Shown here: one piece after another, positions 1 through 27,980 of the stretch
Layout: each line of letters opens with the position of its first letter
Numbering within the stretch: position 1 is the first letter of the stretch
Source of the DNA: Macrostomum lignano
Taxonomy: Eukaryota
Direction: 5' to 3'
Assembly (NCBI GenBank): GCA_002269645.1
Contig: NIVC01001940.1
Span: forward strand, 1-64,000
DNA length: 64,000 bases
The notes under the pieces: model-generated
Databases searched by the model: none
Told to the model about the DNA's origin: nothing
The model's input: the letters and a program-made list of their open reading frames with translations, nothing else
Made by a program: the position numbers and the translations under genes

Positions 1-154
<154 letters not shown>

Positions 155-751
155 GTACGCTGATTTTTGGCTCAAATTTTTTGTTTAAAAATAGATATTG
201 GATTCAAAGTATTAATTTGAGTAGCTGTTCGATAAGCGTGCTGCGTTCTGTTTGCAGCTAACCTAGTAAAGCCTGGTACAGTATAGATTCTTAATAGTGT
301 GATACGCCAGAAACTAATTTAACTAGCGTATTCCAGATTTTCAGTACCCACACGCTATATTCTGGCTAGATTTTTCTTTAAATTGAGTCAAGAATCATAA
401 AACCACATTACATGTAAAGCTATGGGACTTTTTTCAAAGCTTGATCAAACTATTAGGCTGCTTAATTATTTTTCCCTAATTTGTGCTCTTCCACTCCGTG
501 GTTGCCTATAGATTATTGCTCACACGTTGTGAAAAAACTCTTGCTTTCCTAACGCCTCTGTTGCTTGCAGTGTCAAACATGTGTCAAGAAAACATGTGCC
601 TGATTGAGCAATGGCATTACTGTACAATCTTAGTGAACAGATACAGACAGACAACCGTCTTCAATCGTTTTAAAAACTTCTAAAGTTTTTGCAGTTGTAA
701 CAAAACGAAATCACAGTGAAGCACGCGCCACGCCATTGCTCCCGCACCCCA

Positions 752-1545
752 TGACACCCACCACCCCATTGCCACACCACCCCATTGCACCCACCACCCC
801 ATGACACCCACCACCCCATTGCACACACCACCCCATTGCACACATCACCCCACTGCACACATCACCCCATTGCACCCACCACCCCACTGCACACACCACC
901 CCATTGCACACATCACCCCATTGCACACACCACCCCACTGCCACACACCACCCCATTGCACACATCACCCCATTGCACACACCACCACCCCCATGCACAC
1001 CCACCCCATTGCACACATCACCCCATTGCACACACACACCCCACTGCACACACCACCCCATTGCACACATCACCCCATTGCACGCATCACCCCACTGCAC
1101 ACACCACCCCATTGCACACATCACCCCATTGCACACACCACCCCACTGCACACATCACCCCATTGCACGCATCACCCCATTGCACGCATCACCCCACTGC
1201 ACACACCACACCCATTGCACACATCACCCCATTGCACACACACACCCCACTGCACACATCACCCCATTGCACGCATCACCCCACTGCACACACCACCCCA
1301 TTGCACACATCACCCCATTGCACACACCACCCCACTGCACACATCACCCCATTGCACACACCACCCCATTGCACGCATCACCCCATTGCACCCACCACTC
1401 CATTGCACACACCACCCCATTGCACACACCACCCCATTGCACACATCACCCCATTGCACGCATCACCCCATTGCACCCACCACCCCATTGCACACATCAC
1501 CCCATTGCACACATCACCCCATTGCACCCACCACCCCACTGCACA
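752..1545. repeat. Minisatellite, about 17 bp (caccccattgcacacat)
   Basis: Direct reading; variable units. Confidence 0.95.
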
Positions 1546-2229
1546 TACCAACCTATTGGTCCACCAGCCCATTTGACCCACGACCCTTAGTGTTCTCATT
1601 TCTATTGTAAAAAATACTGTATAATAAATTCTTCAAGTAAAAGTACAATTTAGCAAATCTGCAGACCAACTGCACGAGGCAGTTGCCATTGTAGTAGAAT
1701 TTCTTGCACCAATATTGTCAATATGTCATTGTAGATCTTTAGGTACCGTTTTATTTGACAGGATTGTTAAAATTAAAGGATCCACCAAGACACAGATTCC
1801 TAAAAGATTGTACGTATCTAATCTATGCGATATCACTAACAAATCGCATATTATGGTTTTCTAATTCGACTTTTGCACATTTATGTTTATGATTTTTCCT
1901 GTTTACTGTTTCCTGTTCCCCCTGTTACCGTCTCTGATAAGGAATTTACTTTTTGTTGAACTTTGTGTAATGGATGGATTGATGTATGATGCTACCATAA
2001 GTAGTATAGTGAACAAGCGATGACCACTGTTGATTCATTTTTTAATAATATAAATATTGTTTTATTCGGTGTATATATAAGTACGCGTTTTGTTTTTCTA
2101 TCCCAATTAATTTTTTTCAATAGCTCTGTTTTCGTTTATTTAATTTTGCAACTTCAACTGCACCGAAATGCCTATTTAATTGCTTCAGTGAGATTTAAAT
2201 GTCTGTCTGTACTTCACTCGCTAGTTGTC

Positions 2230-3212
2230 AGCCTGTAACCCCCTGGTCCCTTCAGTCAGACAGCCTGTTACCCTCTGGTCCCTTCAGTCAGACAGCCTGT
2301 TACCCTCTGGACCCTTCAGTCAGACAGCCTGTTACCCTCTGGTTCCTTCAGTCAGACAGCCTGTAACCCCCTGGTCCCTTCAGTCAGACAGCCTGTTACC
2401 CTCTGGTCCCTTCAGTCAGACAGCCTGTTACCCTCTGGTCCCTTCGGTTCGACAGTCTGTTACCCTCTGATTCATTCAGTCAGGCAGCCTGTTACCCTCT
2501 GGACCCTTCAGTCAGACAGCCTGTTACCCTCTGGTCCCTTCGGTTCGACAGTCTGTTACCCTCTGATTCATTCAGTCAGGCAGCCTGTTACCCTCTGGAC
2601 CCTTCAGTCAGGCAGCCTGTTACCCTCTGGTCCCTTCAGTCAGACAGCCTGTTACCCTCTGGTTCCTTCAGTCAGACAGCCTGTTACCCTCTGGTCCCTT
2701 CGGTTCGACAGTCTGTTACCCTCTGATTCATTCAGTCAGGCAGCCTGTTACCCTCTGGACCCTTCAGTCAGGCAGCCTGTTACCCTCTGGTCCCTTCGGT
2801 TCGACAGTCTGTTACCCTCTGATTCATTCAGTCAGGCAGCCTGTTACCCTATGGACCCTTCAGTCAGGCAGCCTGTTACCCTCTGGTCCCTTCAGTCAGA
2901 CAGCCTGTTACCCTCTGGTTCCTTCAGTCAGACAGCCTGTTACCCTGTGGTTCCTTCGGTCCGACAGCCTGTTACCCTCTGATTCATTCAGCCAGACAGT
3001 CTGTTACCCTCTGGTCCCTTCAGTCAGACGGCCTGTTGCCCTCTGGTTCCTTCAGTCAGACAGCCTGTTACCCTGTGGTTCCTTCGGTCCGACAGCCTGT
3101 TACCCTCTGATTCATTCAGCCAGACAGTCTGTTACCCTCTGGTCCCTTCAGTCAGACGGCCTGTTGCCCTCTGGTTCATTCTGTCAGGCAGCCTGTTACC
3201 CTCTGGTTCCTT
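2230..3212. repeat. Minisatellite, 32 bp (cagtcagacagcctgttaccctctggtccctt)
   Basis: Direct reading. Confidence 0.95.
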
Positions 3213-4041
3213 AATCATGCTCATCTACCTTCAGTTTGCTACTACAATATTCCCTATTCAAAGCGCTCAAAGCTTCGCCATGCTTTAACAAACTGACTGA
3301 AATGAAGAAATTAACCATGACAGATGGCTGTCTGTCATAGCGAATTAGTCTGATTGCAGGCAACAGGTTTCTTCATTGCTACTGGGCATCAGTAGCTGAT
3401 GCCGCGAATTCCGCTGTCCAGTGTTCTGCTGGAGCAAAAGCAAATTGGACAACTCGCTAAGCCTTAAACTGTCTTCCTAGCCTAACTGCGGTCTCAAGTT
3501 TCCAAAGGCAGACTGGCTGGCAATAATTACATTACAGCGGATTAATGCCCAGCCTGCCATGCTGGTGGGAGATTGAATTATTAAGGCAGCAGAAAATAGT
3601 TTAAGGCGAAGTGCGGCTGTTGGCCCAGTCTCTCCTCTGGGTATTCGGTTGATTACACGTCGCAAAAAGTGAGGGTGTGACGCTATATTCATGGTTAACT
3701 TGACTATATTGGAGAATGTCTTCTCGAACTGCAACATGCTGGCGTTGGGTGTCATTTGGCACTGTCGTGTTAGGGCTATAATGCAAGTTGAGAACTGCAC
3801 CAAGTGAAGATCTCAACACTTCCCCCCCCCGCTCGCTGACTGCACTGAATCAATAGTCTTTTGGCCATAGACATCCTCAGGCTGACTGGTAAATGTGTAG
3901 CTTGTCGGTATCAAATGATACCACAGTAATTTGAAGTTTAATTTACCGCTTTCGGACATCTAGCTTGCTGGGATCAATGATGCTTTCAAGTGTAGCTTAG
4001 ATTACACTTATTTTCCGCGATCAAATATGTAAGTTTGTATT

Positions 4042-4800
4042 GTAGTGTACCGGTTCCAGGTGACAACTATTGTAGTTTACCGGTTCAAGGTGACAACTAT
4101 TGTAGTTTACCGGTTCCAGGTGACAACTATTGTAGTTTACCGGTTCCAGATGACAACTATTGTAGTTTACCGGTTCCAGATGACAACTATTGTAGTTTAC
4201 CGGTTCCAGATAACATCTATTTTACATGTAGTTTACCGGTTCCAGATGACAACTATTGTACATGTAGTTTACCGGTTCCAGATGACAACTATTGTACATG
4301 TAGTTTACCGGTTCCAGATGACAACTATTGTAGTTTACCGGTTCCAGATGACAACTATTGTACATGTAGTTTACCGGTTCCAGATGACAACTATTGTACA
4401 TGTAGTTTACCGGTTCCAGATGACAACTATTGTACATGTAGTTTACCGGTTCCAGATGACAACTATTGTACATGTAGTTTACCGGTTCCAGATGACAACT
4501 ATTGTACATGTAGTTTACCGGTTCCAGATGACAACTATTGTAGTTTACCGGTTCCAGATGACAACTATTGTAGTTTACCGGTTCCAGATGACAACTATTG
4601 TACATGTAGTTTACCGGTTCCAGGTGACAACTATTGTACATGTAGTTTACCGGTCCAGATGACAACTATTGTACATGTAGTTTACTGGTTCCAGGTGACA
4701 TCTATTGTACATGTAGTTTACCGGTTCCAGATGACAACTATTGTACATGTAGTTTACTGGTTCCAGGTGACAACTTTTTTAGTTTACCGGTTCCAGATGA
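4042..4800. repeat. Minisatellite, 30/36 bp (tagtttaccggttccagatgacaactattg +/- tacatg)
   Basis: Direct reading. Confidence 0.95.
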
Positions 4801-5784
4801 TACTGAATTGTAGTTAACCTTTACCAGCTTCATTAAAATTACATGTAATCTAATAGTGTTACCATTAGTAAGACTTAATTGTTCCGCTTGGCCAGGCTCG
4901 TTGCGATTGCATTGCATTGGCACCAACTCATATTGTTAGGCTTTTAATTTTTACTTGTAATTAACCATTTTCCTTTTAATTTGCCGCATAGCCTATAATG
5001 AGGAGTCAACGACCATGACAGATAGTCATGATATCGCGTGCCTGTCTGTAACATCTGCCTCTGTCACCCTCTCATCACCGACGGAACAACCTGCCCGTCT
5101 GGCTCTCTCCATCTCTCTGGTGATCTCGGCCCTTTCAAAGCCCATGACGGATCCCCGCCCCGTCATCGCCTTCCTGTCTGTCTCCCTCTCTCCCTGAATC
5201 CCCACTCTTCTCCAGTCTCCCTTATCATCTGCGTTGACCTGTCGTCTCAGCTTGTTATATAGCGTCATCATCATCGGCATAATCTCAATATACCGGTATG
5301 CAATATATGCATTCACAGCAAGCAAAGGCAAGGGGTTTGGGAGAAGGAAGGGGGTTGTTGCAAATTTGAGCAATTTTCTGCCCCGTTGGATACAAGGCCC
5401 ACCGCCTCGCCAAAAAGGCGGCTGCTGCTGCGGCGGCTGTGGTCCGCCATTTTGGGATGCGTGTGGGGGTGGAGGTTGTTGTTGGCGGCAGTTGCAATTG
5501 CAATTCAAAAGTTGGGCTCAGTATAATAAGCTAGATAGCGTCTGATTGACTGACAGACAGACAGACAGACGACAGCTTTTCAGTAGATTGGAGAGGCTGA
5601 GAGCTGCCCATTCTTGGCCGCTTTGGTTGACGCAATATGCAAAAATGCAGCTAATTGTTAAAATCATAGGTGGCTATTTTAGAGCACACTTAAGAGTTTG
5701 AAACAATGTTTTCTTTGTTAAAAATAAGCTGTATCTGGCTGCTTTTTCCACTGGCTAAAAACTAATTTACCTGTTTCCAAAGGG

Positions 5785-6935
5785 TCTGAGAGGTTAGTTT
5801 ACCTGTCCCAGTAGGATCTGAGAGGTTAGTTTACCTGTCTCAATAAGATCTGAGAGGTTAGTTTGCCTGTCTCAATAAGATCTGAGAGGTTAGTTTGCCT
5901 GTCTCAATAAGATCTAAGAGGTTAGTTTATCTGTCTCAATAGGATCTGAGGGTTAGTTTACCTGTCTCAATAAGATCTGAGGGGTTAGTTTACCTGTCTC
6001 AATAAGATCTGAGGGGTTAGTTTACCTGTCTCAATAAGATCTGAGGGGTTAGTTTACCTGTCTCAATAAGATCTGAGGGGTTAGTTTACCTGTCTCAATA
6101 AGATCTGAGAGGTTATTTTATCTGTCTCAATAAGATCTGAGAGGTTAGTTTACCTGTCTCAATAAGATCTGAGGGGTTAGTTTACCTGTCTCAATAAGAT
6201 CTGAGGGGTTAGTTTACCTGTCTCAATAAGATCTAAGAGGTTATTTTATCTGTCTCAATAAGATCTGAGAGGTTAGTTTACCTGTCTCAATAAGATCTGA
6301 AAGGTTAGTTTACCTGTCTCAATAAGATCTGAGGGGTTAGTTTACCTGTCTCAATAAGATCTGAGAGATTAGTTTACCTGTCTCAATAAGATCTGAGAGG
6401 TTAGTTTACCTGTCTCAATAAGATCTGAGAGATTAGTTTACCTGTCTCAATAAGATCTGAGAGATTAGTTTACCTGTCTCAATAAGATCTGAGAGGTTAG
6501 TTTACCTGTCTCAATAAGATCTGAGAGATTAGTTTACCTGTCTCAATAAGATCTGAGAGGTTAGTTTACCTGTCTCAATAGGATCAGAGGTTAGTTTACC
6601 TGTCTCAATAGGATCAGAGGTTAGTTTACCTGTCTCAATAGGATCAGAGGTTAGTTTACCTGTCTCAATAAGATCTGAGAGATTAGTTTACCTGTCTCAA
6701 TAAGATCTGAGAGGTTAGTTTACCTGTCTCAATAGGATCAGAGGTTAGTTTACCTGTCTCAATAGGATCAGAGGTTAGTTTACCTGTCTCAATAGGATCA
6801 GAGGTTAGTTTACCTGTCTCAATAGGATCAGAGGTTAGTTTACCTGTCTCAATAGGATCAGAGGTTAGTTTACCTGTCTCAATAGGATCAGAGGTTAGTT
6901 TGCCTGTCTCAATAGGATCAGAGGTTAGTTTACCT
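5785..6935. repeat. Minisatellite, 32 bp shifting to 30 bp (gttagtttacctgtctcaataagatctgagag)
   Basis: Direct reading. Confidence 0.95.
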
Positions 6936-8639
6936 GCATGAATGGATGGAAATATACTCATAGTTAACCTTAATCGGACAGTAAATATTTGTTCCGTTTG
7001 TCGTATTTTCTAAAGCGATAAAGTTAGCAAACCTATCTTTACTAAGGTATATTATTAGTATTAAGTGCTTCGTATTCATTCTTGCAGATTATTGTAGCGA
7101 TCTTACCGGTACTCGCTCAGCCCCAATAATGAGTCAGCCAACGAGTCAGCTCGGTGTATTTCAAAACAACAGTCAGTCCCGCGGCTCCCATCGTATCTCT
7201 TTGTTAATTAGTGTGGCAGCAGTAGCAAAAAATTATGGACGAGCCGCGCTAAAGCTACAAGTTCTTGTCTTCCCCGAAACCCAGGCATGTCCCAAGATAT
7301 TCGCGGTAAGGTAATACGATGGGCTAAGCAGAGGCTGTTAAAAGTGTGGTCTTATTATTTTATTACTCTACACTGTCGAGCGGTTCTGATAAGTCTTAAT
7401 TAATCTGCGATTGCATTTTTCCGCCAGATTTACCTTCCCCTCACTACTAAGTGTCCTCTCTCGACAAGATGCGTATTGCAGACTGCCATGCAGCATTCTT
7501 ATCTTCCCGCTCAGCAGCAGCCTCTCTTTGTGTGCGTGCTTATCAAATTGAGCTCCCTGTTGTCGCTGAAATAATAATTGTTAGCTGATTGAGATGCAAA
7601 TGAGCAGTTTAGGGAGAAGCGAGCTGTCAATTCGGGTGTAAAATGCAAAAAAATTTCTGTGAGCACGACAACAGCTGACGGATACCTCGTTTGAATCGTT
7701 AATGCCCCCCCCATGCAGTCAGCATATTCAATACAGAGCTCATGTATGTGGAAATTTGCTCAGAAGGACACAGATGCTTTTTATAGCCTGCAGATATATA
7801 GAGACTTGCTTTGAGGCATTGAGACAAGTCTTATACTTACTATCTGACACACCTGTCTGACTGTTGGTAATTGGTAATTTCTTTGGCTCAAATTTACTTT
7901 GACTAGATAAGTGGATCGATTGGATGGGAGAAGAAGACGCTCAGAGGGAGGGATTTGGGATTAAGGTCATGGTCGTCGCGTGCAGGTTGCGTGAGGAGTA
8001 GAGAGAGGAGCTTGTGAAAAATCATTTCTTTCGTGTCTAAAGTTATGAAACTCGTCATAACTACTTCTTCTAAAAGTAGATTCTTTGATTAGAAAAAGTT
8101 CTACAATGTAAATCTTCAAATAATTTTTGCTCAAGGTATATATATTAGATTTTGAAACCTGCATGTTTAGTTGAAGCCATAAAACTGCTTTTATGAGTAT
8201 ATCATGCTGGCACATTGCGTTGAGCAGTTGCTACCCCTAAGGCAAACATTCGCTTAATTTGTGGGGTGGAGGGTTGAGACTGGGTGTTCCGTATATTAGC
8301 TATCGGAAGCTGAGCAGACATGACATCTTGTGCTAGCCTGGGCTCAGGCAAGCGAAGGAAGGGAATCGATGGCCTAATTAAAACGGGATAAAGGAAGTGG
8401 AGATGCCGAGCGAAGGGCCTCATAACGGATGTGGCTTGATGACTGAGGTATCATAGATATGGGAAAGGCCTTTTAATTACAGTCAATGCATGCCGTGTTT
8501 GCCTGCCTGGCCGCCCCCCCCCCCCGGGACTGCGAGCTCAAACTGTTTGCTCACACGGGGCGTCTGTAAGGCTGGTGAGCAAAGATTAAGCAATGCAGGC
8601 AGGTGAGCTGACCGCTTAAACAAATTTTATCTCGAGACC

Positions 8640-8800
8640 AGGGGACAGGGAACCTAGCATTCGAGATGGGGACCCCTGGTTCGATTCCGAGCGCGTTCGC
8701 ATTCATCTGAGGGCTCGTGTGCACGCAAATTGGCGTGACAATGTCGCCAAAGGCGTTGCGCCACAGGGTGCCCGCAGCCCTCCTGCAACAATATTTATTT
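8640..8800 (+). mobile_element. tRNA-headed SINE-like fragment (family B)
   Basis: Pol III B-box GGTTCGATTCC at 8678-8688; 3' segment gtgacaatgtcgcc...cagggtgcccgcagccctcctgc resembles the family A tail. Confidence 0.5.
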
Positions 8801-8934
8801 TTTGAGGTGGTGGCACTGCCCCCCCCCCCCCCCAGATACGACCGTATTTGAATTTTATTGCCTAGCTGCAATGAGGGAGTTCAGAGGGGTCAGCTTCCCC
8901 CTTAGAAAAATGGGGGGGTGGGTATTTTACAATA

Positions 8935-9286
8935 TTAAAGGCAGGGGGGTTGTGTGCACCCTGGCGCACTTCAAGCGACATTGTCACAACCGGCGAGAGG
9001 CATTGCTGCCCATTCCGCCGACTCCCCTGAGCAGGCACACAAGCGCGCGGATACGTACGCAGTCATACGCACAGGCACACACTCACACAGGAGTGTACAG
9101 CGGCCCTAACTTTATATTATCGTTCGGCATGTACACTTCACTGTGCCTTGGAGGGTTGGCTCTCAAGGCCGTTAATTGCACGAGCAGAGCCAAGCCAAGA
9201 TTCCAATTTAGCCTCAAATTAATGTGACTGCACTTGGAATCGAGCCTGGGCCGCTGGTACATCAGAGCGCCGTGCTGGACCCTGGG
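8935..9286 (-). mobile_element. tRNA-derived SINE-like element (family A), near full length
   Basis: B-box GGCTCGATTCC in the head; body matches 47846-48048 and tail matches 25131-25250 closely by eye. Confidence 0.75.
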
Positions 9287-10164
9287 AAAAATATCCTGCC
9301 TGCTAAACGCAACCTTGCACAAGCGCGCAATGACGAAGGCGCGCATTGATTAATTACGAGTATTTAATTGGAATCGCCCGGAGTCTTTGTAACAAAAGTT
9401 ATTTTTGTACTCATCACTTTCGCTCTCGGCTTGTCAAAACTAGGCGTCACTCGCCATCGCTTATTATATAAAATGCAAAACTGTAAAAGTGCGCGCGGAC
9501 GGAAGGCATCGCGCTTTTCTAAGAAAGAACTAATTCCTCTAGAAAATACAAATAAAAAGTCTTTGTTTGACAATCAGACGGCATTCATTTAAATAGAATT
9601 AATATTATGAAGTTTAAAATAGAAGTTTTACACAATAAAATACTATTTTTATTTGATTAAAATACGAGCATTTAAGCACAGAAAAGAGGAGAGTACAGTT
9701 TAAAAAATAAGAGTACGATCGGGACTATAAGACTCATTACAATTTTGTCAATTTTATGATACAAGCCTTCAGTATAGTTTCATGAAGAGTTTATTGTGGG
9801 AATTTATTTTCAATTTGTGCTGTACACTTGAACATCTTACGTACAGCATTTGCAGCATACGACTTAATTATTATTTGATTTTGTTTTAACGCGACTAAAC
9901 CAATTTATAAAAAAATTATTAGCTATGTTACAGCGAGTATTAGTTGGCAAAAGCAAATCAATTTTTTGAAACAGTTATACAGATCTGTCTTTCCGGTTCC
10001 TGTCTTTGATTGTTTTGGTTGTTTTCTGCGATTTGTAAGCCAATAAAAGGTGAATAGGTGTAGTGACACTAAATTATAGGTATTAGTCTGTTTGGCCTAT
10101 TTAATTTGAAAGATAGATTAAATTATTGGACTTAGTTTAGATTTGCTGGGCTACAACCCCTAGT

Positions 10165-10465
10165 TAGAGCGTTAGAGGTCAGAGCGTCGGACTCACGACT
10201 GGAAGGTCGGGGGTTCGATTCTCGACCCACTCAGAACAACTTGTGTCCTTCAGCAGGACACTTAACTCTGCATTGCTTCAGTTCACCCAGCTGTAAAATG
10301 GGTGCCAGCATTAGCTGGGGTAATTGAGGGTGTGTGTGGCGACCCCCCCCCCCAGTCCTTGGACTGAACAGCCGTACGCAGCCTTCAGATGCGCCGCGCA
10401 ATAGCTGCGGCTGAGCTGTCGGTTGCACATCTGGCCATTAGCGCAGGTGTAATCAATTATTCTAA
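10165..10465 (+). mobile_element. tRNA-derived CORE-SINE (MIR-like core)
   Basis: tRNA-like head with B-box GGTTCGATTCT (10212-10222), then TGTGTCCTTCAGCAGGACACTTAACTCTGCATTGCTTCAGTTCACCCAGCTGTAAAATGGG, matching the CORE pattern (TGTGACCTTGGGCAAGTCACTTAACC...CAGTTTCCTCATCTGTAAAATGGG, recalled). 3' boundary uncertain. Confidence 0.8.
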
Positions 10466-10809
10466 TTACTTTTCTGGAGTTTCAGAATTCAATGATCTGC
10501 AAGCATTTTTAATTTACAGATCAGAAAAAAGATTTTTGAAAAAAGTATTTGAGAAGATAATTGCTTTTTTTAGAACACACCACGTGATTCTCTTTTTCGC
10601 TAATGCTTATCTAAGCAAAATTGAGCCTTCAAATAAAATTCCTACAGTGTTGCGGCCTGATGGCCTAATCGCGCGAGGACAGGAAAGACGAGACACATCC
10701 TTCCGTTCAAATAGAGCCTCTCTAACAGGATATTTTGTTGCTGATGCTGTTCAGGCTATTCCGTCATCTCTCTACCAGCGGTCCTTTGTTCGAATCTGCC
10801 GCTTGGCCG

Positions 10810-26435
<15,626 letters not shown>

Positions 26436-27473
26436 GACCAGTGAAGACGATATTTCTGTTTAATGAAAGACGGAGAAGGAGAGTTCTTGTGCTGCTTCAG
26501 TTAGTCTTCACTGCGTCTATCCATGTTTTAATAACGAAAGTCGGACGCTAACCTAGCATAGTTGATAGCTGCAAAGTTATTAATCCGAAGTTCCAGAATT
26601 TGAGTTATTTCAGTCACTCTAGTGTTAAAATGGAGTGGCCTTCAGTTGCCTATCATTTCCTGGAAGCTAGGTGCAGGAGGGAAGCTTTCCAGCCAATGAG
26701 AGACAGGCACACGGCAGGTTCTTTGATAAACAACCCGACCTACTGAGTTTGGTTGGCATCCGTGAGGGGCGGCTGATCGATTCATATGGCTGCAGGGGTG
26801 AACGCGTCTAACTCTCGAGCCAAGCACCAAGGCACCCAGAGTGTACATGCCTGATGATGAGAAAGTCATCAGGACCACTCAGGCCCTGTGTTATCGTGTG
26901 CATGAGTCCGTGTCTACTCAGAGCAGTCCTCCTCCGAATATTTATTCCTACATACCCAAAAAGTACTTGCATAGCTGAAGGACACTTTAACCAGATGAAA
27001 ACAGTCTGGTGCAATGGAATGCTATTGCAGCTAAGAATGCACTGAGGGCTTGTGTACTAGATGAAAGCATTTGGGCGCTCTTAACGATTTAATAATAGTT
27101 CCGATGCTGACCCTGTTTCCAGAATACGAGAATTTACAATGCACCGCCAATCACTGCCAATTGGAGGCGCAGCTGACCCCTGTGAAGGTGCGCCAGTACC
27201 CCTGGACCGCGTGCGCTGGTCAATGAGAAGTGGGAGACTGAGCTGCACTGCACCCCACCCCAGCCCCAGCTTTCCGTACAACAACATCCGGCCTTCAATT
27301 GAGACGCTTGCAGCCAGCTGATTCTCAAGCCGGCTGCGGAGTATTCAGCTTGCGCACTTCCTCACTGCATTATTTGGGTTGCTCCACCTTTGCCCGATTT
27401 TCAGTGAAACCTCTGGCCAAAGCTCTCTGGCACTGCTCTGCTGAGCCCTCAGTCCGCTCTATCAACTTTTTCC

Positions 27474-27980
27474 CTTAATCCGCTCCCTTAACCCGCTTCC
27501 TTAATCCGTTCCCTTAATCCGCTGCCTTAATCCACTCCCTTAACCTGCTCTCCTAATCCACTCCTTAACCCGCTCCCCTATTCCGCTCCCTTAATCCGTT
27601 CCCTTAATCCACTCCCCTAATCCGCAACCTTAATCCGCTCCCTTAATCCGCTCACTGAATCCACTCCCTTAACCCGCTGCATTAATCTACTCCTTTAATC
27701 CGCTCCCCTAATCCGCTCCCCTAATCCGCTCCCTTAATCCGCTTCCTTAATCCGCTCACTGAATCCGCTTCCCTAATCCGAAACCTTAATCCGCTCACTG
27801 AATCCGCTCCCCTAATCCGCAACCTTAATCCGCTCACTGAATCCGCTCCCCTAATCCGCAGGCTTAATTCACTCGATCGGTCTCCTCCATTTATCCGCCT
27901 CCCTCAATCCGCTTCCTCAATCAGCTTCCTCAATCCGCCCCCTTAATCCGCTCCCTCAAATCTGCTCCCTTAATCCACTA
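27474..27980. repeat. Array, about 14 bp (ccttaatccgctc)
   Basis: Direct reading; intergenic. Confidence 0.9.

Noticed and set aside
3317-3403. Two 8-bp perfect hairpins (3317-3338, 3385-3403)
   Set aside because: Short stems of this size are expected by chance in 64 kb, and there is no CTRR terminus or other element context.
10165-10230. tRNA gene (also B-box hits at 8678, ~9240, ~48085)
   Set aside because: No complete cloverleaf or acceptor stem and no T-run terminator; each continues into a SINE-like body.
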